64,000 nucleotides of DNA from NCBI GenBank assembly GCA_964016885.1, contig OZ024743.1, positions 53,382,001-53,446,000 of the forward strand, in the 5' to 3' direction. The notes below the pieces were generated by a model. That model searched no databases. It was not told the origin of the DNA and saw only the letters and a program-made list of their open reading frames with translations. This document shows positions 51,523 through 64,000 of the stretch, piece by piece (position 1 is the stretch's first letter; every line of letters begins with the position of its first letter). The position numbers and the translations under genes are program-made. Source of the DNA: Eledone cirrhosa (taxonomy: Eukaryota).

Positions 51523-51839
51523 CAGAGGTGGGGAACCTTTTCATATTGAAAGGCCACATTGAGTTACTTGTAATATACTAAGGTCGCATTCAAGAAACCA
51601 TAGCTATATATCCTTAAAATCTATATGATTATGGAATAAAATCTATGGATTATTTCGTTGAATTTTCTTGTTTGACGTATTTAAAATACGTTCGTTTTAT
51701 TGGTTTAAAATAATAAGAGATAGACAAAAATATTAATAAATGTCAAAAGTTTGTTGGAAATTATTGGTTATTTCAAAAGGCCGCACAGAATGACATAGAA
51801 GGCCACATACGACCTTAAGACCACGGGTCCCCATCTCTG
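51523..51839. mobile_element. hAT (Charlie-like) MITE
   Basis: TIRs CAGAGGTGGGGAACC and GGGTCCCCATCTCTG, with an 8-bp TSD atctatag/gtctatag. Confidence 0.8.
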
Positions 51840-53323
51840 GTCTATAGTGAGGGCAGTGCACATTACTCTTTTCAAGTCCTCCGAGTCTGGTAGGAAGGAA
51901 ATAAGAAGGTATCTTTAAACTGGAAAGGTATCTTTAAACTGGAAACCTACCCCAAAATACTTGTAACAGAATGTATAATGGACCTCCGTTAGTTTCGACG
52001 ATAAGTGTTCTAGTTGTTCGATCAACAGAACAGCCTGAACTTGCAGGTGACCGAGAATTTCATAAACACGTGTATCCTTAACGTAATTCTCGGAGAGATT
52101 CAGAATCACACTGTGTGATAAGTCTGGTTTTCTTAAATTAAAAGTATAGTATCCTACGGGCTTCCAAACACTTTCCGTCTACCATTTTTTACTCACAAGA
52201 TAACATACAGTGTGATCGAACCATTCAGCCGAGGGTTAGACTTGTGGTGTTAAATATAAACTCATGAAACTGACTTAGCATACTTTTTCAACCAAAGAGA
52301 AATAGCACAACTGAAGTTCGAATGATATATCAAAGCTGTTTTGTTTTTCCAGTAACAAAATAACAAAATTGTAAATACAGTCAACAATATTTATAGCCTG
52401 TCATTAAAGTATTCGTACCGCCAAACATTTAGGAGAACTTATTAATAAAGAAATTCCTTTATCATTAATTGCAGTTGGTTTGAAACTGCATAGAACAAAA
52501 TACACGGCATTTATATGAAGAAGAATTTATATAAGAAGAATTTAAGACATTAATAAAAGTCATAAGTCAATTAATGTTGTTTGTGAAAAACGCATGCAGG
52601 TGTTAGATATTACAATAAACAATAAAATATATGGGGCTAATTCCTGTTACAAAAAAAAATACTGCTGAAATGTATCAAATCGTGAAAAACTACTGTATAG
52701 CTCATGTTGGTGCTTCACCTTCAACCGACTACACTGTCTAAAGTATTCTTCTTCGTTTGAAGAAGATTTGGCTACTCTTTCTAGTAGGTGAAACGACCAC
52801 ATAAAGTCTCCTTCAATCGTTTTACTATTCACTGAAGCAGACCTGCCAACCTCTAAAAGCCCAAACGGGGAGTACCATGAAAAAAAAAGGGCCCCAAAAC
52901 AGAGAGATTTTACGTAATGAAAGCTATATCCATTTTCACAAGCGAAGAGGTCTCTCACCCACCCCAAAGTGGGTGGGAGATCTCCCCGTCGGACGGGGAG
53001 AGTTGACAGGTTTGCTGATGAGTATCAAACTGTAAATTTTACGATCATTGGTTGAAATCGATTGTAGTGTGGAGAAAGCAGAAACTGTAGCCGACTTTTT
53101 GGGGTAGTTAGTTATATCCCTTTATATTCTGAATTCAAATACTGGTGGTGTTTATTTTGCCTTTTATGCTTTCGGGGTTAAATGAATTAAGTACCTGTCA
53201 ATAAAATAAGTGTTGGGATCGATGATATCGATTATGCCCTAGAGAATGGTGTGGTGACAGTCCAATGATAACTAAGATAAGATAAACTAAGATAAGCAAA
53301 CAGCTAGTGGCATTTTCCATTCG

Positions 53324-53703
53324 TACTCTCGGGTCTTAAATAATCGTCTCCCACTAGCTTGTTAATGTTTCAGATTTTTTTCCACCACCATCCACTCTTA
53401 TTCCAACCCCCGCCTACGCTTATTAAATTTTGCTAATCTATCTCCGGCGAAATTTTATTTTAAGTGGTAGCATTCCTGTGACAATTCATTTTCTTTATAT
53501 ATATAAAAAAAATTATACATAACAAAAACGTAAATTACTAGAAACCCCATACGTTATAAAATAAATAGGATGGGTTGGGGTCTCAATATATAAACTAAAT
53601 TACTAATTCTGGTTTAAAAAAAAAATCAATGGAGACATGCTAGAAAAATTAACGATTTTCCAAATCCCTGCTTATTCCACCCCATCCCACTATTTAAGAC
53701 CAT
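53324..53703 (+). mobile_element. Tc1/pogo-type MITE (same family as 2453-2884)
   Basis: Starts tactctcgggtcttaaataat, with shared internal sequence. Confidence 0.7.
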
Positions 53704-53989
53704 AAATAACGGTTTCGAGTTTAGGCACAGGTCAAAATATTTCGCGTGTTTTGGTGAAGGAGATTAAACCGATCGTAGTACTTACCTAGTAATTTATTTT
53801 ATCGATCCCGGAAAAATGAAAAGCAAATTTGACCCCCGCGGGATTTGAACTCAAAAATTTGAACCGGAACAAATGCTGCAAAACATTTTCTCCTAAAATG
53901 TAATTATTTTGCCAATACCTCGTTCATAAATAGAACTCGTTCAATAATGACCCCCACCTCTCCTTTGATCAAACTGGCCATGGGCTGCT

Positions 53990-54333
53990 CATCTATGATT
54001 AACTGAACGTGGAATGTGTACCCATGACTGACTGATCATGGGTTTGCTTCTCTGAGGTACAAGTCTAGGCAGGGTGCTTTGTGGGAGACCAGCCGTCGTT
54101 CATGCATACTATTCACCCTCTCCAAACCGCAGATGTTGACCAAGGGAAAGGCTAAGCTCGATAGAGCTTGGAACCAGTGACGTTGCAACATATTTTCCCT
54201 AGTTGGGTGGACTGGAGCAACATGATATAAAGAGTTTCGCTCAAGAACACAACTTGCTGCCGTGTTCGGCAGTCGAACACATGACCTTGTGATCTTGAGT
54301 CCAACACACTAATCGTTAAGCCACGCACCTTCA
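53990..54333 (-). mobile_element. tRNA-derived SINE, CORE-like, with a different tail
   Basis: Minus strand tgaaggtgcgtggcttaacgattagtgtg..gttcgactgcc..gttgtgttcttgagcgaaac. Confidence 0.6.
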
Positions 54334-54949
54334 TTCAGTTATAAAAGTAATAACGTTTAGTTAGGTAACGCCTTTTGACGCTATATTTTAACGAAAATCT
54401 ACCGGAACAATCGCGTTTGCTATCATTAAAAAATTACATGTTGATTAATTGTTTTTCTTTTTTATATAATTGTTATATTTCTGTAAAAAAGATAATAAGT
54501 AATAGATAATTATCCCATCATTAACTACAGCTTACGTAATAATGTTATTTACCAGTCTGACAAAAATATCCTGATATGAACATTTAGGAAATATAATGTT
54601 TGCAGGTTATCTCGTCATTCATATGTAATTATTTCATAAAATATTCTGTTGAACAGAAACACAGGGAAAAGGAAATAATCCATCCATACCCCCACCCCCC
54701 CTCCCCCAACGTTTGACTGAGTCGTTTGGGCATTTAAAATTTAAACCTGGTGGATTTCTTTCAGAAGAAGAGAGAAAGTGCTAAAGAGAGATATAGAAAA
54801 AACAATTTCTTCAAGAGAGAAGTTTAGTGAGAAAGAGATTTAGAGAAAGTAACGGCCCCAGTAATGAGCTATTACATATATTCATCAACCTGACATGTGT
54901 GAAAGGTAAATATGACCTTCGAAGGATTAGAGAACAAAGGGAATATGGT

Positions 54950-55230
54950 TAGAATGTCTCAGGAAAGAATCGTTGGACAGGTTTTATGGGCAAAACCAGC
55001 CGACAGGAGACCCAGGGGTAGATCCTGAGCAAGATGGTTGGATAACATCCATGAGCTTGGATGGTCTCGCTTGGAGATCCAGCCGGATCAGTTGCAGACG
55101 GTTGCTTTTGACAGGTCACGCTGGAAGGTGCGTTTGAGAACTCTACTTCCAGGACTCCCTCAGGAATGGGGGGGGGGGGGGGAGGAGAGACGGAAGGGGA
55201 ATAGGAGGAGGAGGAGGAGAAGAAGAAGAA
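54950..55230 (+). mobile_element. RTE-clade LINE 3' end
   Basis: RRPRGRS*ARWLDNIHELGWSRLEI, followed by a (GGA/GAA)n tail. Confidence 0.75.
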
Positions 55231-55755
55231 GTAATCTATCTGACGACCTAACAACGTTCAAACAGTTTGTTGCTTTCATAAACAACATTTGAAATAATTG
55301 AATATATAATATGTTAATTGATAATTAATTGCCTCAGTATTTGTTTCAGTTCATTGCGCTTTGAGTTCAAATCCCGTCGAAGTCAACTCTTTGTCTTCCG
55401 TCATTTCGAAGTCCATAAATAAAGTGTCAATCCTTGGATGAATTAATGTTTTGTGGTATCTGATCCCGTTCTGTGCGTTCTGAGTTCAAATTGCGCTCCA
55501 TCTGTGAGGAGTTGTGACCGGTTGACAGTCACAACAAGAACAAGACACATAGAATCATTGTTGCCTTCATCCAATCTCACAATTCCTTTTCCAAAAGTTG
55601 AAAACAAACAACTTGTACTCAATGACAGAACAATTTTATTATAATGATTTAAATACGTTAATATGTATATATGTAAAAAAAACAACAAACATCCTCTTTT
55701 ATCAACCTCCCTAAATAAGTCAGAACTTACACCATCCCTAGCTGAAGTCACTTTG

Positions 55756-56162
55756 CACTCTCGGGTGCACTCTCAAATAATCATCCCCTCCCCCTCTCTA
55801 TTAATCTTTCAGATTTTTTCTACCCACCCCCGCTCTTATCACTCCCACTTTTTAAACTTTGCTAATATATCTCCGGCAAAATTTTATTCTAAGTGGTAGC
55901 ATTCCTGCGACAATTAATTTTCTTTATACATTAGAAAACATTATACATGACAAAAAACAGTACATTACTAGAAATCCCATACGTTATATAAAAAAAAAAC
56001 AGGATGGGTTGGGGTGTCAATATGTAAACTAAACGTCTAATTCTGGTTTTTGAAAAAACCAACGGAGACAGCCTAGAAAAATTACCGATTTTCCAAATCC
56101 CCGCTTATTCCAACCTCTCGCTTATTCCAAATTCCCAGCTTATTATTTGGGACCGGAGAGTA
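55756..56162 (+). mobile_element. Tc1/pogo-type MITE (same family)
   Basis: Ends ttattatttgggaccggagagta; internal homology to the other copies. Confidence 0.7.
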
Positions 56163-57774
56163 CAAACAAGGATTTTACGCATTAGGCAAAAACTGTTGTA
56201 GGGCTCCGTGGTTGTATAAAGACCCCCTCTCCAAGTGAACAATCACGCAACACAATATGGAACGTTAATATCTAAGAGCTGCCGCATGTCTCTCTGATGT
56301 CTTCTAGTCGTAATGTGCTTGTCTGCTCGCCTAGATACTGCCTAATGATACTGACAGATATTCTTTTAGGCTTTTCCAAGCTTCGAGTGGGTCAAATCAG
56401 GGGTTAGCCATTAAAGGTTCATGGCTGCTATGACAAGGGCACTTTACTATGCTTACCCTAAAGTCCTGTGGTAGTATGAATTAAGATTAGCCCACTGGGG
56501 TGAATTGAATATATGCATATACACATACACATATAGACTAATAAACACATACATACATGCATGCATTCATACATAAACATACATGCACACATATGTACAT
56601 ATATGCATACATACATATATGCTGATACATATGTATAAATATACGGCAGGACTGTAAGTATGTATGTATGTATGTAAGTATATATGTATGTGTGTATGCG
56701 GGTATGTATGTATGTATATGTGTGTGCGTCTATGTATGCATGTATGCATGGGTGTGTGTATGTGAGTATGTATGCATGCATGTGTGTATATATGTATGTA
56801 TGTTTCAATGAATGCGTGTATGTGTGTTAGTCAGTATGTGCGACTGTACATGTATATGTGCACGCGATATCCTTTTACGTGTTTTGATGATTGATTCGCA
56901 GGATCCTGGGATCAGCGAAAAGATTAAATCAATCAAGTTTAAACACAGCATAAATAAGTGGCAGAAGAAAGACAAACGAGATTTGGCGAATAATCAGCGC
57001 CGAGAAACATTGCTTTTGATGACAAAGTTCTGACATTAGAACGTGTCAAAAGAAATTATTCTTTTTGCTTCCTGTGACGCTAGCACACAACCTTATTTAT
57101 TCATCTGTCGGCTGTGGATCGTGCGAATTTGGCATTTATTCGCGACCCTGTCCTTATTCCAGGTCTTTTGAAATAATGGCTAATATGATTGCATAAAGCC
57201 GATTTGTCAGAAGGTTGAAAGGCCACAGAATATATGTTTCCATTCAGTTGTAAAAGCTCACTCACAACGCGATTCTCTCTTACTTGTCTTACTGTTATGG
57301 CTGCCAAAGATATGTAATGTAATGTAATGTATGTATGAATGGATGCTGGCGTACGAGTGCGACCTCACTTTCTCTTTGAATTAATTCGCAACTTCGCAAC
57401 CGCTAAAGTTTAGGTTAGGTTAGGCAGACGATATGAAAAGTAGTTTTGAATTAATTCGCAACGCAAGCAGCAGACGATTTTTACTAGCTGTGTCAGGAAA
57501 GATTAGAAAAGAAAAGAACCACAGTCATATTCCCACTGAAATGATAAGCGTTTTTCATGGATGTTATCAAAGATCAAGAAGACCACTTTTATCTATTTAT
57601 TATTATTATTATTATTGTTATTGTTGTTGTTATTATTATTGTTGTTATTATTATTATTACTATTATTATTGCTTTCCTTCTAAAGAGAGTAGAAATTCTA
57701 ATTTATAACATTTATAACTGCCATCAACCCATCCTCACCCTCTCTCTGCCTTTTCTTTGCACGTCACGTTGTTG

Positions 57775-57824
<50 letters not shown>

Positions 57825-58234
57825 CATTCACGCATTCACACACACACACACACACATATATATATGAATGAATGATCATGTTCCAAATAGAGAAAAATTC
57901 AATTCTCATGAATCATTTATTCTACCACGACAACGATTGTCTGAACAAGACATAGCACAAACATTTCCATCACTACTGCTTTATCTAATTCCCATTTTCA
58001 CTACAGGATTGGTGGAGTTGTTGTTACTGTTCTTGTTTTTATTGTTTCATAGTTCTATTTTTTTTTCCCATTTCAATGTCGGACAAACAATCAGATATTG
58101 TTATATTTCATATTTTAGATTAGTATCTCTAAATAGTTATTTATAACACAGAAGGTACATATATTACTACAACATTTGAAAGAAGAAATGTCAATGAAAA
58201 CGATCCCAATACTTAACTGATAATAATAATAATA

Positions 58235-58802
58235 ATTGTTTCTACTTTTGGCACAAGGCCAGCAATTAGCCAGTACATTACTGGTACTTTATTTTATCGA
58301 CCTCGTAAGGATGAAAGGCAAAGTTAACCTCGGCGGGATTTGAACTCAGACCCTAAAGGCACGTAGCTCCGTGCTGCAAAGCATGGCGTCCGACCCTCTA
58401 CCGATACTGCCAATCCCCCGCATAATAATGGTTTCTTATATAGGCACAAGGCCAGCAATTTTGGGGGAGGGGAAAGTCGATTAAATCGACCTCAGTACGG
58501 GACTGCTACTTTTATTTTATCGACCCCGTAAGGATGAAAGGCAAAGTTAACCTCGGCGGGATTTGAACTCAGATCATAAAGGGCTGTAACTCTATGTTGC
58601 AAAGCATGGCGTTCGACCCTCTACTGATACTGCCATTCCACCGCCCGTGCCCGACGATAATAACGGTTTCTGATTTAGACACAAGACCAACAATTTTAGA
58701 GGACGGCAAAGCCGATTAAATCGGCCCCAGTGCATTACTGATACTTTATTTTATTGATCCCGTAAAGATGAAAAGCAAAGATAACCTAGGCTGGATTTGA
58801 AC

Positions 58803-58847
<45 letters not shown>

Positions 58848-59388
58848 GTTTCTTTATTGGCCACAAGGGCTAACATGAAGAAAAACATTACAGACGGCAC
58901 AGGACGATACAAAGTGGATTTTAGCCGTGTAAAACGGTTATAACAAGACAGAAACGTGTAAAAACCAATTAAAAAAATTTCAAACAACAAAAATTCCCCC
59001 CAAAAAGGGGAAGCCTCCGATGGTCACTCGTGGCGAAAACCACACAAAAGACTACGGATTCTTTTATGGGCCACAAGGGCGAATGACATTGGGATCAATA
59101 CAAGGACGAAAAATAACACAAAGTTAGTCATACATCGGATAAAAGTAGGTCATCAAAGAAAATTCAATAGATCTATCAATAACACTAATTGATATCAATA
59201 TAAAAATGATAATTGTTTCTACTTTTGGCACAAGGCCAGTGCATTACTGGTACTTTATTTTATCGACCCCGTAAGGATGAAAGGCAAAGTTAACCTCGGC
59301 GGGATTTGAACTCAGATCATAAAGGGAGGTAACTCTATGATTCAAAGCATGGCGTCCGACCCTCTACCGATACTGCCAATCCACCGCC
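58235..59388 (-). mobile_element. Head-to-tail SINE family 2 cluster (58235-58420, 58430-58645, 58660-58803, 59212-59388) with Tx1-like 3' tips at ~58850-59110
   Basis: Repeated reverse consensus separated by (AAT)n; tttattggccacaagggc resembles the tips at 20400 and 20770. Confidence 0.8.
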
Positions 59389-60822
59389 TCACCGCATAAA
59401 AATGATAATGATTTCTAATTTATAACAATACAAAAATATTGGTTTCTAATTTAGGCACATGACCAGTTGAATTTTTCAGAGAGGAGGAGAGAAAGTTGAT
59501 TAAAGCAGCACCAGTATTTGACTGGTACTTTATTTTATCTGTTGCATTTACTCAGCATTTTACTGAATGTTGTAAAGTATTTTGTTCAAAGATAGTGAAA
59601 GCATTTCTGTGGAGAATAGGCAGTGATTTTGTTCAGCACTCTTCTGGTCTTGTCAATCCAAGGTAAATTCACTGCTGCTGCTGATGTCAACATCGATTTA
59701 ATGAATTTTCTATATCTACCATCTCAAACTGACTATTGATCCTGCGGCGAAGAGAATAGTGTTTTATATTCCAAGTATTCCGACCAGACCACCAACACCT
59801 TCCCATCAACACCTTCCTGCCAACAACTTCCCAACAATGCCTTACCGCAACCTTTTTTCCTGAAGTCAACGACAACGCTGACAACTTACTATACACATCC
59901 GATATGTTATCATATCAGTTGACCGAAAATCGAACTCATACCCGTACTACCGATACCACCACCACCACCACCACTAAATTTCTGTTTGTGTGTATGTATT
60001 TCTCTGTTTACACGTCTACGTGCATGCTTCTTTGTTTGCGTGTGTTTGTAGGTCTCTGTATACGCGTCTCTATGTATAGGTCTCCTGTTTGTGTATATCT
60101 ATATGATGATCGTAAGGTCCCAAGTTCGATTACCGCTCCAAACAACTTGTGTCCTTGTATAAGACACTTTATTTCACGTTGCTCCACTCCATTCAGAAGA
60201 AAATAAGTTGTACCTGTAATTGAAAAAGCCAATCTTATCACATAGTATGTTACACTGATCTACCTGAGTACTACATTAAATGTGCACGTATGTGTGGAAT
60301 GTTCAACCACTTGCACGTTAATTTCATGAATAGACTGTCCCAAAGTTCGAACAGCTGGAACACCCGTATTCGGAATTGACGGGGTCCAACGCACACACAC
60401 AAGTGCGTGTATATATAGCGGTCTTCTGGGTATGTGAGTATATGTTTATGTTCATGTGCATTTATATATATATATATATATATATGTTTCAGCTTTCCAT
60501 GTATGACAATATATGTCTATGTATATAGACTCTTTTACTTACACATATCTTCTTAGCTTCGTACGGACTTATAATAACACACACACACACACACACACGC
60601 GCGCGCGTAAGTATAGCTCTTTATACAAAACGTTTTTTTTTCTATTTCAGGTAGACGCGCTCCATCATCCACTTTTCTAAAAAAAATACATCATACACAA
60701 AACGCCAGCATCAACAGATTTCCAAGAGATGTCAACATGAATGGATCTGTTATTTTTATCTAAAGACATCTTTTCCAATTCCACCCCGCCCGTCCCTTCA
60801 ATCTATCTTATTTCTCTTTCTT

Positions 60823-60858
60823 TCTTCTGATGAAGGACTAACGTCCGAAACTTTAAGA
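60823..60858 (+). ncRNA. Minimal Penelope-type hammerhead fold
   Basis: TCTT-CTGATGA-a-GGAC-taac-GTCC-GAA-A-ct-T-T-AAGA. The canonical form would read GAAACGUH. Confidence 0.6.
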
Positions 60859-60945
60859 CCCTCTTCCTGCTATATCAAGCGTTAACCTAATATAACCCTT
60901 CCATATACTGTACCGATTGTGTTGTTATTTTTGTTTACCTTTCAC

Positions 60946-60979
<34 letters not shown>

Positions 60980-61043
60980 GCTATTTTAAGCTATATTCCT
61001 TCCATATACTGTACCGACTGTGTTGTTATTTCTGTTTATCTTT

Positions 61044-61108
<65 letters not shown>

Positions 61109-61160
61109 ATCTTTCCATGAATGACACTACATGCATATATATATATATATATTTTTTATG

Positions 61161-61195
<35 letters not shown>

Positions 61196-62917
61196 AATTT
61201 TTCTGTATATATGACTATATGTTTGTGTGTGTACGCATGTGTATATGTAAAGACCTTCTGTATATGTGAATATACGTTTGTATGTGTGAGTATATCTATA
61301 GGTGTTATATATGTCTGAATATATGTATGCGTATGTATGTATATGTGCATGTTAGAATATACTATCCATGTGTTCTTGCTGGCTAAAAAAAAAATATCAA
61401 TTTATAAATGGTAGCAATTTAGCACGATATCACCTGGTTTTCCATTACTAAAACGAAGTCAAAATAATAATATCGACAGTTTATACAATGGCATTAAGCC
61501 AGCGTTGCAGTTTCTATACTATACATTATATATCGTATCAAATATTAAATGGCGGATAGCAAAGTGATACACGATAGAAAAAAACAACAAACGATAAAGA
61601 AAAATGATAATAAAATGAATAAATCTCCACCGAATAATAAACGAGAGGAAAGATAGTTGAAGAACAAAGTAAAATGAAATTCGAAACAAAAGGAAATAGA
61701 AACATATCTAGATATATCTAGCTTGTTCTAGTTTTCTCGCTGTTATTGTCAGTTGAACTGCTTTAGAATCGTGTTCGTTATTACCGTGAAGAGATTTTTG
61801 GTCATGGCGTCCACCATCTTTATCTCTCCTTCTGTCTGACTTTCTCTGTCTCTTTCTCTCTGTCTCTTTCTCTCTTTCCGTATATTTTTTGACAGATCAA
61901 GACTATACGCGTTAATCACGTTTTGTACTCTAATCCATTGTCAGACAAGCATAATCGGTTATCTTTTTGACAGATTACTGCACATTGTCAATATATGCTA
62001 CACGCCATTGGTGGCTGGTTTGATCGGACAAGTGAGCAGAGCAGACGATAAGTAGGAAAGAAAACAAGATCGGAGGATTAAAAAACAAAGGAAGGGGATG
62101 GGGCATTAGAAAAAGAAGAAAGAAAGAGGAAGAAATGAAAAGCTCTAGAGGAGTAAAATTGAAAGAGAAGGAAAATGAACTAGAAAATCGAGAGGAGGAG
62201 GAAAAAGAAGAGAATAGGGGAAACATGACAGAAGATGGGGAAATGGAGAAAACGAAAGAGATGATGAGTGAGGAAAAAAGAGAGAGGAATGAAAGAAAGA
62301 AAGAAAGAAAGAGATGAGTATTATGGAAGACGTAGGAAAAAGGAAAGAAAAATACAAAGAAATACATATATAAGGAAATAAAGAAAGAGAGACGGGGATG
62401 AAAAGGCGAAAAAATGAAGGAAGTTTGAAAGGGAAACAGGAGGTGGTGGTATGTGAAGGTGGGAATATGGATTAGAAATGAAATCAACGAAAGATATTTA
62501 AATAAAAGACAAAACAAAACAAAAAGAAATGGTGATTACAATAGTGAGAAAAGTGAATTAGTTTAATGGAACGGTTGAGTGGAACTGGAATAATTCTAAA
62601 TATTTTCGAAGACTTAAGTCGAAAGTGAAGTGATATTTTCTTCGAATAGACAGATCGAGTCTTTCCCCTCCCCGCCAGCCAATACTAGTTTCCATTTTAT
62701 CAAGTGTAAGGTCAGAAAACAAGTCACACATCTTCAGCTGATTTCTTTAACCATTTTGAAGAGATTTTTGGGTCACAGGTTCCGGCTATTGTCTTAGCTG
62801 AAGTCGTCCAAGAAAAAGAAAGATAAATCTATCGATCGATCATTTAATGACTACGTTAAGATGATGCAGAAGTTTTCGGAAGCAAGTATTAACTCAACAA
62901 CACTACTATAACAATCA

Positions 62918-63385
62918 ACTTACTACAAACCACTGACCTAGTACATGCCACTGGTTTACTACAAACCACTTGACTACTACAACCACTGGTTTACTTCAAA
63001 CCATTGGTTCACTACAGACCACTGCTTCACTACAAACCACTAGTTCATTACAAACCACTAGTTTACTATAAATGACTATACTACTACAACACACTAGACT
63101 GCTACAGTCACTGGTTCACTACAAACCACCAAACTACTACAACCACTGGTTTACTACAAACCATTAGACTGCTACAGTCACTGGTTTACTACAAACCAAA
63201 CTACTACAGTCACAATTATACTACAAACCACTAGACTACTACAACCGCTGGTTTACTTCAAACCACTAGACTGCTACAGTCACTGGTTTACTACAAACCA
63301 AACTACTACAGTCTCAATTATACTACAAACCACTAGACTACTACAACCACTGGTTTACTACAAACCAGACTACTACAGTCACTAG
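62918..63385. repeat. Minisatellite of ~15-18 bp (ACTACAAACCACTGGTTT variants) with higher-order duplication
   Basis: Direct reading. Confidence 0.9.
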
Positions 63386-63428
63386 TTTCCAGTAAGTACA
63401 AGTAGTTCACTATAAATTAGGTGAAATA

Positions 63429-63530
63429 GGCGCAGGCATGGCTAGGTTGGTACGAAGTCTGCTTTGCAACACTATGGTTTCGGATTCAGTCCCTCTGCGT
63501 AGTAGACGGAAACTGTGTGGAAGCCCGTCA
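63429..63530 (+). mobile_element. tRNA-derived SINE, internally deleted
   Basis: ggcgcaggcatggct..tggt (A-box-like), ggattcagtccc (B-box-like) and the tail gtagacggaaactg..gaagcccgtc. Confidence 0.55.
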
Positions 63531-63566
63531 TATATGTATGTGCATACACACACGTGTGTATATGTA

Positions 63567-63610
<44 letters not shown>

Positions 63611-63904
63611 TAAATATATAATACTAATAATAAAAAGGACGATTTATTATGTCTTCATTACATGTGGTCATCACAACAGAGGTCCGACGAGCTTTTGATT
63701 CCAGAGTCGGGCTAGATCGATACAGATCGAACCTTGAGTTGATCAATAGCGAAACGCACGTCACTACTCAAGACATGACAAATCGTCCTTTTAATTATTA
63801 TTGTAATTACACTCTGCTTAGTTCTACACCTCTATATTTACTAGAAACTATGCATCGAGTGCTCACGCTGTTGATCCTACAGTAACTGGGCATTACAATC
63901 CCTC

Positions 63905-63906
<2 letters not shown>

Positions 63907-64000
<94 letters not shown>
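63907..64000. repeat. (TG)n microsatellite
   Basis: Direct reading. Confidence 0.98.

Noticed and set aside
57410-57425. (TTAGG)3 as a telomeric remnant
   Set aside because: Too short, and the motif is common inside transposons.
60632-60656. Strong acceptor followed by GT (recursive splice site)
   Set aside because: The donor GTAGAC is weak and there is no gene context.
61975-62517. 180-aa hydrophobic ORF
   Set aside because: Antisense of purine-rich low-complexity sequence.
62918-63385. Repeat array as CRISPR or mucin-like exon
   Set aside because: No spacers and no sustained ORF; it is a minisatellite.

Overview
Eukaryotic, AT-rich, microsatellite-dense DNA. The SINE, LINE and microsatellite make-up suggests an animal, most likely an octopus-like mollusc (inference, not checked by search). 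I see no confidently supported host protein-coding gene, and most ORF-track entries are microsatellite artefacts. Bases 1-17245 are a tandem array of a ~5.0 kb mosaic unit that ends in a (GA)n tract. The rest is nested transposons: a near-full Tx1/L1-like LINE (~21.0-25.65 kb), a full-length degenerate RTE LINE (38.2-41.7 kb, minus) with a predicted HDV-like ribozyme at its exact 5' end, and fragments of CRE, R4/Dong, CR1/L2, Ingi/Vingi, RTE and Tigger. There are also a non-autonomous Helitron, hAT and Tc1/pogo MITEs and two tRNA-SINE families. The most striking unexplained signal is over a dozen fold-back palindromes, nearly all next to (TA)n tracts. Several are made of short Penelope-like repeats carrying hammerhead ribozyme folds, with compensatory base changes between copies and inversion points at ribozyme stems or cleavage sites. 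A circularly permuted CRE fragment and an R4/Dong fragment embedded in (CATA)n are also notable. All RNA folds were derived by eye.
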